Shown in pieces: positions 31,353-42,700 of a stretch of DNA of 64,000 nucleotides. Source of the stretch: Desulfobacterales bacterium (lineage in GTDB: Bacteria > Desulfobacterota > Desulfobacteria > Desulfobacterales > UBA5852); assembly GCA_963674755.2 (NCBI GenBank), contig CAXXVS010000001.1:128001-192000 (forward strand). Reading direction: 5' to 3'. The notes under the pieces were generated by a model. That model did not search any database. It saw nothing but the letters and a program-made list of their open reading frames with translations, and was not told the DNA's origin. The translations under genes and the position numbers were made by a program. The number at the start of each line of letters is the position of its first letter. Positions within the stretch are counted from its first letter, which is position 1.

Positions 31353-32822
31353 ATGGCTGACGAGAACCACAACGATAGCCCGGAAGATCGCCCGGAAGAC
31401 GAACCTAGTTTTGCCGAACTTTTGGAGAGCTACGGGGGCCGTTCCGAGGATGCCCTGCAGGTGGGCGACAAGGTGTCGGTGCGCGTGATCGCCATCGGCA
31501 AGGACGCGGTTTTCGTGGATACGGGAACCAAGATCGACGGTTCGGTGGAACGGGCCGAGCTGCTGGACAAGGACGGCAACCTGACCTGCGCGGTGGGGGA
31601 CACCCTGGATCTCTTCGTGGTGGCCCGGGAGGAGGGCGAAATCCGGCTATCCCGTGCCCTGAGCGGAGACGGCGGCCTGCAGATGCTGCAAGAGGCCCAT
31701 CACAGCCAGATTCCGGTGGAAGGCAAGGTGCAGGCCACCTGCAAGGGCGGCTTCGACGTGCGCCTGCTCCAGAAGCGGGCCTTTTGCCCCATCAGCCAGA
31801 TCGATATCCACTACGTGCAAACCCCCGAGGACTACGTGGGGCAGACCCTGTCCTTTCTGGTCACCCAGTTCGAGGCCCGCGGCCGCAACATCGTGGTTTC
31901 CCGGCGGCGCCTGCTGGAAAAGGAACGTGAAGCCAACCGGGAGGCCTTCATGGCCGATATGAAACCAGATGCGCTCTACGACGGCCGGGTGATGCGGGTG
32001 GTGCCCTTCGGCGCCTTCGTGGAGCTGGTGCCGGGGGTGGAGGGCCTGGTGCACGTATCCGAATTGAGCTGGTCCCGGGTGGAGAAAGCCGGCGATGTGG
32101 TCCGGGAGGGCGACCGGTTGACCGTCAAGGTCCTGGACATCAAGCCGGGCGAGGGCGGCAAACCGCCCAAGATCTCCCTGTCCCATAAGCAGGCCGGCGA
32201 AGATCCCTGGACGACGACCATCGAACGCTTCCAGGCCGGCCAGGCGGTGCCGGCCAAGATCACCCGTTGCGCGCCCTTCGGGGCCTTTGCCGAGCTGGCC
32301 CCGGGCATCGAAGGCCTGATTCACATCAGTGAACTCAGCTTTACCCAGCGGGTCCGCAAGCCCGAAGATCTGGTGACCCCCGGCGAGACCGTTTCCGTCA
32401 TGATCAAATCCGTGGACCGGGCCCAGCGTAAACTCTCCCTGAGCCTGCGGGATGTGGCCGGCGACCCCTGGCAAACGCTTTCCGAAAAATACCGGGTGGG
32501 GCAGGTCGTGGAAGGGACGGTGGAGAAAAAAGCGCCCTTCGGCCTTTTTGTGAGCATCACGCCGGGTGTCACGGGACTGCTGCCCAAGGCGCGCTGGAGC
32601 GACGCCATCGAGCCCGGCCGTCTGGAAAACGCGCGGCCGGGGGAGAAGCTCGCCGTGGCCATCGAGAGCATCGACCTCGAACAGCGCCGCATCGGCCTGG
32701 GGCCGGGGGAGCGGGCCGACGGCGGCGGGGACTGGCAGTCCTTCGCACCGACGGAGGACAGCGGCATGGGATCCCTGGCCGACAAGCTGCAAGCCGCCCT
32801 GAAGGCCAAGAAAGACGATTGA
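31353..32822 (+). CDS. 30S ribosomal protein S1-like protein (about 5 S1 domains)
   Basis: Repeated FGAFVEL.PG.EGL.H.SELS; C-terminal GSLADKLQAAL; ATG 31353 after GAGGA. Confidence 0.85.
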   Translation: MADENHNDSPEDRPEDEPSFAELLESYGGRSEDALQVGDKVSVRVIAIGKDAVFVDTGTKIDGSVERAELLDKDGNLTCAVGDTLDLFVVAREEGEIRLSRALSGDGGLQMLQEAHHSQIPVEGKVQATCKGGFDVRLLQKRAFCPISQIDIHYVQTPEDYVGQTLSFLVTQFEARGRNIVVSRRRLLEKEREANREAFMADMKPDALYDGRVMRVVPFGAFVELVPGVEGLVHVSELSWSRVEKAGDVVREGDRLTVKVLDIKPGEGGKPPKISLSHKQAGEDPWTTTIERFQAGQAVPAKITRCAPFGAFAELAPGIEGLIHISELSFTQRVRKPEDLVTPGETVSVMIKSVDRAQRKLSLSLRDVAGDPWQTLSEKYRVGQVVEGTVEKKAPFGLFVSITPGVTGLLPKARWSDAIEPGRLENARPGEKLAVAIESIDLEQRRIGLGPGERADGGGDWQSFAPTEDSGMGSLADKLQAALKAKKDD

Positions 32823-32861
32823 CGTCGAAGTCTAACGTGCCCCGGCAGGGTGAAAAATTCC

Positions 32862-34745
32862 CTACCGGGGGGCTTTGGCGGGCGATTCCGCAAAGGGCAG
32901 ATTCAGTTCGTAGACCCCTTCGACCATGCGGGCCTCCACCGTCAGGCCGCTCTTCTCGAACACCTTGAGCATGGATTTGTTGGAGCTCAGGACGTCGGCT
33001 GTGAAGCCCCGCAGACCGCGTTCCCTGGCCAGCCGGATCAGCATTTTCAACATGAAGGTGGCGATGCCGCAGCCCTGGTATTGTTCGTCCACCACAAAGG
33101 CCACCTCGGCCACCGGCGCGTGGGCCTCCCGCACAAAACGGGCCTCCGCGATGAGGCTGCCTTCCCCCAGTTCCCGCACCAGCCCCACGATGGAAAGCGT
33201 CCGGCGGTAGTCCACGTTGACGTATTCCTGCATCTTGGCGTGGGGCATGGTCTTGATGGGGCTGAAATAGCGGTAGTAGACGGAGGTGTCGGAAAAGCGG
33301 TAGAACAGGCGGCGCATGTCCTCCACGTCCGAGGGCTTGATGGCCCGGAAGTCCACGGTCAGGTCGTCCTTGAAGGTGTGGCGGGTGGCGATTTCCGCCG
33401 GGTACAGGCGGGCGCTGTCCGCCAGATAGATCTGGTTGGGGTAGAGCATGTGCGCCTGCTTGGCCTGGGCCACCAGGGCTTCGCGGTCGTCCGGGTGGGC
33501 GATTTCGATCAGGGCCAGAGCCCGTTCGCGCACGGTGCGTCCCCGCAGATAGGCAACCCCGTATTCGGTGGCCACCATGTCCACGGATTCACGCAGGTTG
33601 AACTGATTCGGGAACTGCTCGACACTCAGGCGGATATTGGCCTCGCCCTTCCGATTGCGGCTGGGGAGGGCAAAAATGGATTTGCCCGCCGGGGACAGTT
33701 CCGCGCCGCTGACGATGTCCACCGCCTCCGCCGGTCCGGCCACCACGTTGCCCCGGCCGGCATGCAGGGCGATGCGGCCGGACAGGTCCACCTTGCGCAC
33801 CGGCAGGATGGAGACGAAATTGGGATTGCTGCCGATTTGCATAGGGTTCAGGACCCGGTCGGTGCCCTGGAATTCGATCAGGGGGTTGCGGTCCAGCCAT
33901 TTGAGGAGCTCCGGCGTGCCAAAGGCATAGGACGTCACCGATTTGCCCCGGAAGAGCCCTTTGCGGCGGTTGGTGACCGCCCCGCTTTGAACAAGCCGCA
34001 TGGCCGCATCCGTGAGGAAGGGCGTGTGAATTCCCAGGTTGCGTTTGTGGCGCAGATGGTTGCTCAGGGCCTCATAGAGCGGTCCGATGGAAAAGGCCAG
34101 GCAGCTGCCGTCCTCGACGTGGGCGGCCACATTGGCGGCGATGCGGTCGAAGACCTCGTCCACCGGCCAGCAGGGGAAATAAATCGGGGGATCGCCGGCC
34201 TCCACCAGGAGATCGAACTCGGACAGGTGGACGAAGGTATCCCCGTAGGTGTAAGGGGTCCGGGTGTTGATTTCGCCGATCACCAGAGAGGCGGCTTCCA
34301 GGGCTTGGCGCCCGGCATCCACGGCCACTCCCAGGCTGCAATAGCCGGCCTCGTTGGGCGGCGTGATTTGCAGGATGGCCACGTCGAAAGGAATCTGGCC
34401 GGACTCGATGAGTTCGGGAATCCGGGCGAAACGGGTGGGGATCAAATCCACCCGCCCGGTGGCAATGGCTTCGCTGGCGACCCAGCCGGAGAAAAACGTC
34501 CGCAGGCGGTATTTGTGGGACTGCAACTCCCGCACCGAGATGGCATCCCCGAAGCTTACGATCTGGGTCAGCTCCAGGTCCTGCAGATTGGCGGCACTGG
34601 AGGCCATCAGCGATTTGACCATGGTCAAAGGTTCCGCCACGCCGGTGCCGATGAAAATGCTCATGCCCGGCTCGATGCGCGCCAGGGCCTGGTCAGGGGT
34701 GACGGTGTGCTGCTGCCATTCGGCAGGGGTAATGGCGGTCATCAT
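32862..34745 (-). CDS. Acetyl-CoA hydrolase/transferase-family domain fused to C-terminal GNAT acetyltransferase
   Basis: GYCSLGVAVD, VATEYGVAYLRG..VRERALALIEIAHPDDRE; GNAT AEVAFVVDEQYQGCGIAT. Confidence 0.9.
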   Translation of the reverse strand: MMTAITPAEWQQHTVTPDQALARIEPGMSIFIGTGVAEPLTMVKSLMASSAANLQDLELTQIVSFGDAISVRELQSHKYRLRTFFSGWVASEAIATGRVDLIPTRFARIPELIESGQIPFDVAILQITPPNEAGYCSLGVAVDAGRQALEAASLVIGEINTRTPYTYGDTFVHLSEFDLLVEAGDPPIYFPCWPVDEVFDRIAANVAAHVEDGSCLAFSIGPLYEALSNHLRHKRNLGIHTPFLTDAAMRLVQSGAVTNRRKGLFRGKSVTSYAFGTPELLKWLDRNPLIEFQGTDRVLNPMQIGSNPNFVSILPVRKVDLSGRIALHAGRGNVVAGPAEAVDIVSGAELSPAGKSIFALPSRNRKGEANIRLSVEQFPNQFNLRESVDMVATEYGVAYLRGRTVRERALALIEIAHPDDREALVAQAKQAHMLYPNQIYLADSARLYPAEIATRHTFKDDLTVDFRAIKPSDVEDMRRLFYRFSDTSVYYRYFSPIKTMPHAKMQEYVNVDYRRTLSIVGLVRELGEGSLIAEARFVREAHAPVAEVAFVVDEQYQGCGIATFMLKMLIRLARERGLRGFTADVLSSNKSMLKVFEKSGLTVEARMVEGVYELNLPFAESPAKAPR

Positions 34746-34764
34746 ATGTCCTTCGGTTTTTTAG

Positions 34765-34951
34765 CAGTGCCCATCCAGAAACGGCATCTTTGGGCTCCGG
34801 CTCCGCCGCCGGTGAGTAAATCCACCTTTGACGGACAAGTCGGCGTTCCCGCTCTTTGGAAATCCTCGCCGTAGCCCAAGCTGCGCCTGTGGTTTCCAAT
34901 TCGTTGCGGCTTTGAACGGAACCAAAAGCCACCATTTCCGGACGGGCACTG
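34765..34951. repeat. Long palindromic intergenic element, family A
   Basis: Arms AGTGCCCATCCAGAAA / TTTCCGGACGGGCACT (14/16); inner GCATCTTT, CGGCGTT, ATCCTCGCCGTAGC, GAACCAAAA shared with 39063 copy. Confidence 0.8.
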
Positions 34952-35226
34952 ATTTACGGGCAGCTGGTCTTGCCTTTCGAGGCAACCTTAATCCCTGAAT
35001 CGTGCGTTTAAAGGCCCGCGGGGGTTGGCTACCCGACGGCCGCCCTAATACGTAAAGCCGCCCCGCGCCGTTGCGTGAGGTTTGCGGGTTCCCCGGCATT
35101 GACAACCACAAAGGGTCGATGCAATTTAACTCTGTTGGTTCAACGACCGGCCGACGGAACGACAAACGCTTCAAGCACTCCGGATCGAGGGCACCTTGAT
35201 ACGGACTTCATGAGGACGACACCCCT

Positions 35227-36447
35227 ATGATGGATCGACGTGGCGGCATCTTACAACGGATGCCCTTAATTCTGGTCATGATCGCCCTGGTCAGCGGAGG
35301 GCTTGGGGGGACGACCCCCGGGCTGGCGGCCGACCGGCCTTTGCCCGAGACCATCCAACCGGCCCTGGATTATCTGCTGGAGGTCAACGGCAGTCTCGGC
35401 ACGGATACCGTCATGCCGGACAAACTGGCGCCCCTGGTGGCTTTCATCCTTCAGGACAAATCGGCCGACGCCCACTACATCGGCACCTCCCACGAGCTGC
35501 TGGATCCCCTTGTATACCACGAATTCGATGTACGGCAATCCCTGGCCAAGATTCTGGACTATGCTTTTAACCCTGTCATACCGTCCCATGTTTTGGCCTT
35601 GTCCTCGGTTCGTCTGGCCTATTGGAAGGAAGTCGAGGGCCAGCCCGGACCTTTCCCCAGGGCGCTTTCCGATCGGCTGGTCAACCTCGAGGCCCCTCTC
35701 GTGGTCCACGGTGTGGAGCACGAGGAGATCACCCCCGACCTGACTTCCGGCGCCTATTACAGCTACGACTTGAACCGGACCCTGATGCTTGTCCGGGTGG
35801 CGGACCGCCTGGTCTGGATCTCCCTGGCCCGGCAGATGGGTCCCTCCGATGTGGGCCGTAAAGGCTATGTCCTGGGACCGGATGATGCCTGGAACTACCT
35901 TTACAGCGGGGAAAAAGGCGTGAATCTGTTCGGGCTGGGCTGGGTCGAGACCTATATGTACGATGCCTTTTCGGCGCTGGTGTTCGTTCAGGAAAAGAAC
36001 AGCCCGTACCGGGTGCGTTGCGGCGCCTTCAAATGGCTGCGGGCCGGCTGGAGCAATATGAATTTCGTCCGGCCCGAGCATATCCGGCGCGGACTGGAGC
36101 GTTACGCCGACACGTTTAAGGCGATTATCGACGCCCCCGAACTGCCGGCCCCCTCCCAGATCGCCGCGGCGGTCGACACCATCGACGCCTTGAGCCCGGC
36201 GGAGATGCAGGTCCAGGCCCGCGAGCGGCTGGGGAAACTCGCGGTGCGCTATAGCGACGACGATCAGTTCCCGCGCGAATGGTACCAAGAGGATGTGGTC
36301 AACGGCCCTTACCTGAAAGCATTGACCCGCCGCCAACTGGAAGCCCTTATTTTCCTGGATTACATGAAAGAAGCCCTCGGCCGGCAGTCCGATCCGGGGC
36401 AGAAATTGGCCTGGACCGGGTACGGGACCGGAGACGCGATCCCGTGA
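35227..36447 (+). CDS. Hypothetical exported protein
   Basis: 406 aa ORF with signal-peptide-like N-terminus. Confidence 0.75.
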   Translation: MMDRRGGILQRMPLILVMIALVSGGLGGTTPGLAADRPLPETIQPALDYLLEVNGSLGTDTVMPDKLAPLVAFILQDKSADAHYIGTSHELLDPLVYHEFDVRQSLAKILDYAFNPVIPSHVLALSSVRLAYWKEVEGQPGPFPRALSDRLVNLEAPLVVHGVEHEEITPDLTSGAYYSYDLNRTLMLVRVADRLVWISLARQMGPSDVGRKGYVLGPDDAWNYLYSGEKGVNLFGLGWVETYMYDAFSALVFVQEKNSPYRVRCGAFKWLRAGWSNMNFVRPEHIRRGLERYADTFKAIIDAPELPAPSQIAAAVDTIDALSPAEMQVQARERLGKLAVRYSDDDQFPREWYQEDVVNGPYLKALTRRQLEALIFLDYMKEALGRQSDPGQKLAWTGYGTGDAIP

Positions 36448-37133
36448 AGATCGCGCATCGCCTGGCGATACTCAACCATCTTTACGGCGTATACGACCGC
36501 TTCTGCAGCGACCTCGACGGTCTGGCCTGCCGCAAGTTTTGTGATAGCTGCTGCTCCCGCAATGTCACCCTGACGACCCTCGAAGGGCTGCATCTGCTCC
36601 AGGGATTGGCGGCGGACCGGCGCGAAAACTGCCTTGCCATCCTGGCCGGCGATCAAGGACCAAGCCACTTCCAACCGCGCTATACCACCAACCAGATCGC
36701 GACCCTCTGCCGGGAGGGGCACGAACCGCCGGATGACGCGGTGGACCATGACGGCTCCCGCTGCCCGTTTTTGGCGGATGGGGCCTGCGTCCTTTACGGC
36801 TTGCGCCCCTTCGGCTGCCGCGGCATGCTCTCCCGGCACCCTTGCGGCGACCAGGGCTATGCCGATCAGGACGACTGGCTGCTCACGGTCAATACGGTCT
36901 TTCTCCAAACCATCGAACACATCGACTGCCCCGGGGGGTTCGGCAATTTGCAGGACGTCCTTCTGGCCCTGGGGACGGAAGAGCGGCGGGCGGCCTACCG
37001 GGAGGGGCGGCCGCCCCTGGATGCGGAGGGCCTGATTCCCAACCAACCGGCCCCCATGTTGATGGTGCCGCCGGAGCACCGGGAGCGGATCCAGCCGCTG
37101 CTGGCAGAGATGCAGCGGGGGATGGAGGCGTGA
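36444..37133 (+). CDS. YkgJ-like CxxCxxCC cysteine-cluster protein
   Basis: ACRKFCDSCC, CPFL..GAC.LY..RPFGCR; GTG start overlapping upstream stop (GTGA). Confidence 0.8.
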   Translation: MKIAHRLAILNHLYGVYDRFCSDLDGLACRKFCDSCCSRNVTLTTLEGLHLLQGLAADRRENCLAILAGDQGPSHFQPRYTTNQIATLCREGHEPPDDAVDHDGSRCPFLADGACVLYGLRPFGCRGMLSRHPCGDQGYADQDDWLLTVNTVFLQTIEHIDCPGGFGNLQDVLLALGTEERRAAYREGRPPLDAEGLIPNQPAPMLMVPPEHRERIQPLLAEMQRGMEA

Positions 37134-37207
37134 GGCTTGTCTGGGACATAGGCGGATAGGGATGCATTAGAACCGCGCCAAAGTTGTGAATCGTAACGGA
37201 TTGACGT

Positions 37208-37406
37208 GTTACTTTTCTTCCGGGCGGAAGAAAAGTAACCAAAAGAAGGCGCCCTGTCACGAGCCCTTCGGGCCCGCCCGGGTTTCGGAACCATGGCCGG
37301 ACGCGCCGAAACTCGCCCCGCCTTCGCTTTGGCTACGGCGGGACTCAGACAGTCGCCACGTCTTTATCGGCCCTGGATCAGAACCCCGGGCCTCGTGACA
37401 AAGGGA
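37208..37406. repeat. Long structured intergenic element, family B (copy 1)
   Basis: GTTACTTTTCTTCC/GGAAGAAAAGTAAC hairpin, CCAAAAGAAG, GAAACTCGC...CTCAGACAGTC core; homologous to 45159-45362. Confidence 0.85.
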
Positions 37407-37558
37407 ACTGAACAACGCCTATCACAAACGGTCCCGGGGTCCGCCGGAAGTGAACATATCGATCGTGGGAAGGGTTTTAAAACTTTTAAGTTTTCATGTC
37501 GCTGTCGTTTTTCACTTGGATCCTGGGCCCCCTGGATTCTTGAACCCTAAGGTTCTTG

Positions 37559-38407
37559 CTACGAAACCGCCAGACCCAGTACCCGCGCCGCATTGCCGCC
37601 CTTGATGAGCGCCTTGTCGTCTTCACTGAGGGGACGGGCGTCGATTTCGCGGAAGTAGCGGGAGGGTTTGAGCAGGGGGCAGTCGGTGCCGAAGAGGATT
37701 TTGTCGATGCCCACGAGGCCGGCCGCGGTTTCCCAGATAGCGGGATCGTAGAGGTAGGGCGAGGCGGCCGTGTCGAAGTAGACGTTGCGCAGGGTTTCGC
37801 GGACCTCTTTTTTCAGCAGGGCATAGAAGAACAGCCCGCCGCCCCAGTGGGCCAGGATGAGGCGGTTGTCGGGAAAGCGTTTGGCCAGGTTGTAGATCTG
37901 GCTCAGGGTGTTGGGGGATTTTCCGGGATACTGGTGCCCCACCGGCTCGTTGGTGTGGATCAGGACCAGGGCGTCCTTGGCGCGGCAGATGTCCATGATG
38001 GGTTCCAGGCGGTCCAGCTTATCGGGGGTGATGCCCGCTTCGTAGAAGGCCAGTTCGCCCACGCCGGCCAGCCCGCCTTCCAGGCAGCGCTGGGTCTCGT
38101 CAGGGGCCGCGGGGTGGTCGGCATCGAAGCAGGCCAGTCCGATCAGGCGGTCCGGATGGGCGGCCACGGCCTCCATGATATAGTCGTTCTGGCGCCGGAA
38201 GCGGTCTTCCGACTGCCAGGGAAAGCCGAACACCACCGAGCGGTCGACCCCCTCTTCGTCCATGATGGCAATCAGCTCCCGGGCACCGATCATGCAGGCG
38301 CGGGGATCGTTGTAGAGCTGGTAGAAGGCATCCTCGGAGACAAAGCAGGCACTGCGGTCCTGTCGGATTTCCGGGGGGAAGATATGGGTGTGGATGTCGA
38401 TGATCAT
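37559..38407 (-). CDS. Amidohydrolase family 2 protein
   Basis: IDIHTH, GVGEL, ILAHWGGG, YFDTAA, ILFGTD. Confidence 0.9.
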   Translation of the reverse strand: MIIDIHTHIFPPEIRQDRSACFVSEDAFYQLYNDPRACMIGARELIAIMDEEGVDRSVVFGFPWQSEDRFRRQNDYIMEAVAAHPDRLIGLACFDADHPAAPDETQRCLEGGLAGVGELAFYEAGITPDKLDRLEPIMDICRAKDALVLIHTNEPVGHQYPGKSPNTLSQIYNLAKRFPDNRLILAHWGGGLFFYALLKKEVRETLRNVYFDTAASPYLYDPAIWETAAGLVGIDKILFGTDCPLLKPSRYFREIDARPLSEDDKALIKGGNAARVLGLAVS

Positions 38408-38511
38408 GGGGTCGGCTCCGTTAGATTTGTGAAAAAAGGAACAACAGCATAACGTCAAAAGCTTTCACTGGTCGCCATAGCGGTTGCCGCGACCTGAAGG
38501 AGGTCCACCAA

Positions 38512-39060
38512 ATGTATTTCGATCAACCAGGAAAAGTCAACACGCCACAGACGTTGAAAGCGGCCGCCCGACGGGGACGGGAACTGGGATTGGATGAGAT
38601 CGTCCTGGCCACCACCAGCGGCGATACGGCTTACGAGGCCTTGAAACGCTGTCCCGGATTCACGATTACGGCGGTGACCTACCATTATGGGTTCAAGAAA
38701 CCCTTCGAGCCCGTGATGAAAGATACGGTGCGGCAGGATCTGACGGATAAGGGTGTGCGTGTGGTGGCCGCCACCCACGCCCTCTCCGGGGTGGAGCGCG
38801 GCGTGGCCAAGAAGCACGGCGGGGTCTGCCCGGTGCTCTTGATGGCCGACACCCTCAAGCTCTTCGGACAAGGCCTCAAGGTGGCGGTCGAGGTGGCCGT
38901 CATGGCGGCCGATGCCGGGGCGTTGTCCGGGCGGGATGTGATCGCCGTGGGCGGTTCTTCCAAAGGGGCCGATGCGGCCCTGGTGATCAAACCGGCCCAT
39001 GCCGCATCGTTTTTCGATATGCGGATACGCGAGATCGTCTGCAAGCCGCGCGAGTTTTAA
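38512..39060 (+). CDS. Pyruvate kinase C-terminal-domain-like standalone protein
   Basis: YFDQPGKVNT, ATTSGDTA, HALSGVER, FGQGLKVAVE..MAADAG, EIVCKP. Confidence 0.75.
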   Translation: MYFDQPGKVNTPQTLKAAARRGRELGLDEIVLATTSGDTAYEALKRCPGFTITAVTYHYGFKKPFEPVMKDTVRQDLTDKGVRVVAATHALSGVERGVAKKHGGVCPVLLMADTLKLFGQGLKVAVEVAVMAADAGALSGRDVIAVGGSSKGADAALVIKPAHAASFFDMRIREIVCKPREF

Positions 39061-39062
39061 AA

Positions 39063-39202
39063 GGTCCGTCTGGAAACGGCATCTTTCGTCCCAGGCCGGC
39101 GTTCTCGCGATTTTGCAATCCTCGACGTAGCGCTGCTACGCCTGCGGTTTCAAAATCACTGCGGCCTTGGCCTGAACCGAAATCTACCCTTTCCGAATAG
39201 CC
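39063..39202. repeat. Long palindromic intergenic element, family A
   Basis: CGGCATCTTT, CGGCGTT, ATCCTCGACGTAGCGCTGCTACGCCTGCGGTTT, GCGGCCTTG; begins just after the stop codon at 39060. Confidence 0.8.
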
Positions 39203-39278
39203 ATGCAATGCTGTCCATGTTGTGCCCAATCTTGAGCCGGGAACCCAACAATTTCTCTATTACGGCACTTAAGAATCC

Positions 39279-39797
39279 ATGGAATCCGAAGACTATATTC
39301 AACCTGAAAATCAGCCCACGACGCATCCCGAACGCCACGTGGTGCTGGTGGCGCCGGAGGTGCACTGGAACACGGGCAATGTGGGCCGCACTTGCCTGGG
39401 AGCCGATGCCGCCCTGCATCTGGTGCGGCCCCTGGGGTTTTCCCTGGACAGCCGCCAGGTGAAGCGGGCCGGGCTGGATTACTGGCCCCGGGTGAATCTT
39501 ACGGTCTGGGAGGATTTCGAAGCCTTCCTGGAGACCATGGCACCCGCCCCCCGCGAAGTCTGCCTGTTCACCAAAGGGGCTTCCCGTTCCTACCGCCGCA
39601 TGCCCTTGCTGCCGCGCATGTTCCTCGTGTTCGGATCGGAAACCCGGGGACTGCCGGAGAGCATCCTGACCCGGTTTCCCGCCGCCCATTTCCATGTTCC
39701 CATCAGCCGGGCGATTCGCAGTCTGAACCTCTCCACCACGGTGGGCATCGTCCTCTATGAAAGCCTGCGTGAAGCGCCTGGTTGGCATGCCTGGTAA
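39279..39797 (+). CDS. trmL: tRNA (cytidine(34)-2'-O)-methyltransferase
   Basis: NTGNVGRTC, KRAGLDYW, FGSETRGLP, RSLNLS. Confidence 0.93.
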   Translation: MESEDYIQPENQPTTHPERHVVLVAPEVHWNTGNVGRTCLGADAALHLVRPLGFSLDSRQVKRAGLDYWPRVNLTVWEDFEAFLETMAPAPREVCLFTKGASRSYRRMPLLPRMFLVFGSETRGLPESILTRFPAAHFHVPISRAIRSLNLSTTVGIVLYESLREAPGWHAW

Positions 39798-39799
39798 AT

Positions 39800-39884
39800 C
39801 ATTACTAATAGTATAAACATTTATTTAGTAATGTTTATAAAACGGTTGACAGTCTACCAATAATGTCTACATTGGATCTGTCAA
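39800..39884 (+). promoter_or_regulatory. clpB promoter region with overlapping inverted repeats
   Basis: TTGACA 39846 / TACATT 39868 (16 bp spacer); IRs CATTACTAA/TTAGTAATG, TATAAACATT/AATGTTTATA, TTGACAG/CTGTCAA. Confidence 0.55.
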
Positions 39885-39925
39885 TTCAGGCTTTTCAGAG
39901 CCCATTATTTTTTTAGGAGGAATAG

Positions 39926-42508
<2,583 letters not shown>

Positions 42509-42523
42509 CGGTTTGATACCGTT

Positions 42524-42564
42524 AAAAAGCCGCCGGGCGCTATCGCTCCCGGCGGCTTTTTTTA
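42524..42564 (+). terminator. Intrinsic terminator after clpB
   Basis: AAAAAGCCGCCGGG ... CCCGGCGGCTTTTTTT. Confidence 0.9.
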
Positions 42565-42700
42565 TTGCCGAGCTTACCGATATCTTGGACATAGTCCCTT
42601 CGTTCTGTTAAGTAGCGCTTCGGTGCGAGATGCCGGAGGGTGATGCCGCGTAGAAACGCATACCGCGGATGGATCGCTCCGATTAACCGGAAAAGAGGCG

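Noticed and set aside
37300..37360. Hammerhead ribozyme in family B core (GAAAC)
   Set aside because: No CUGANGA box in the required position on either strand
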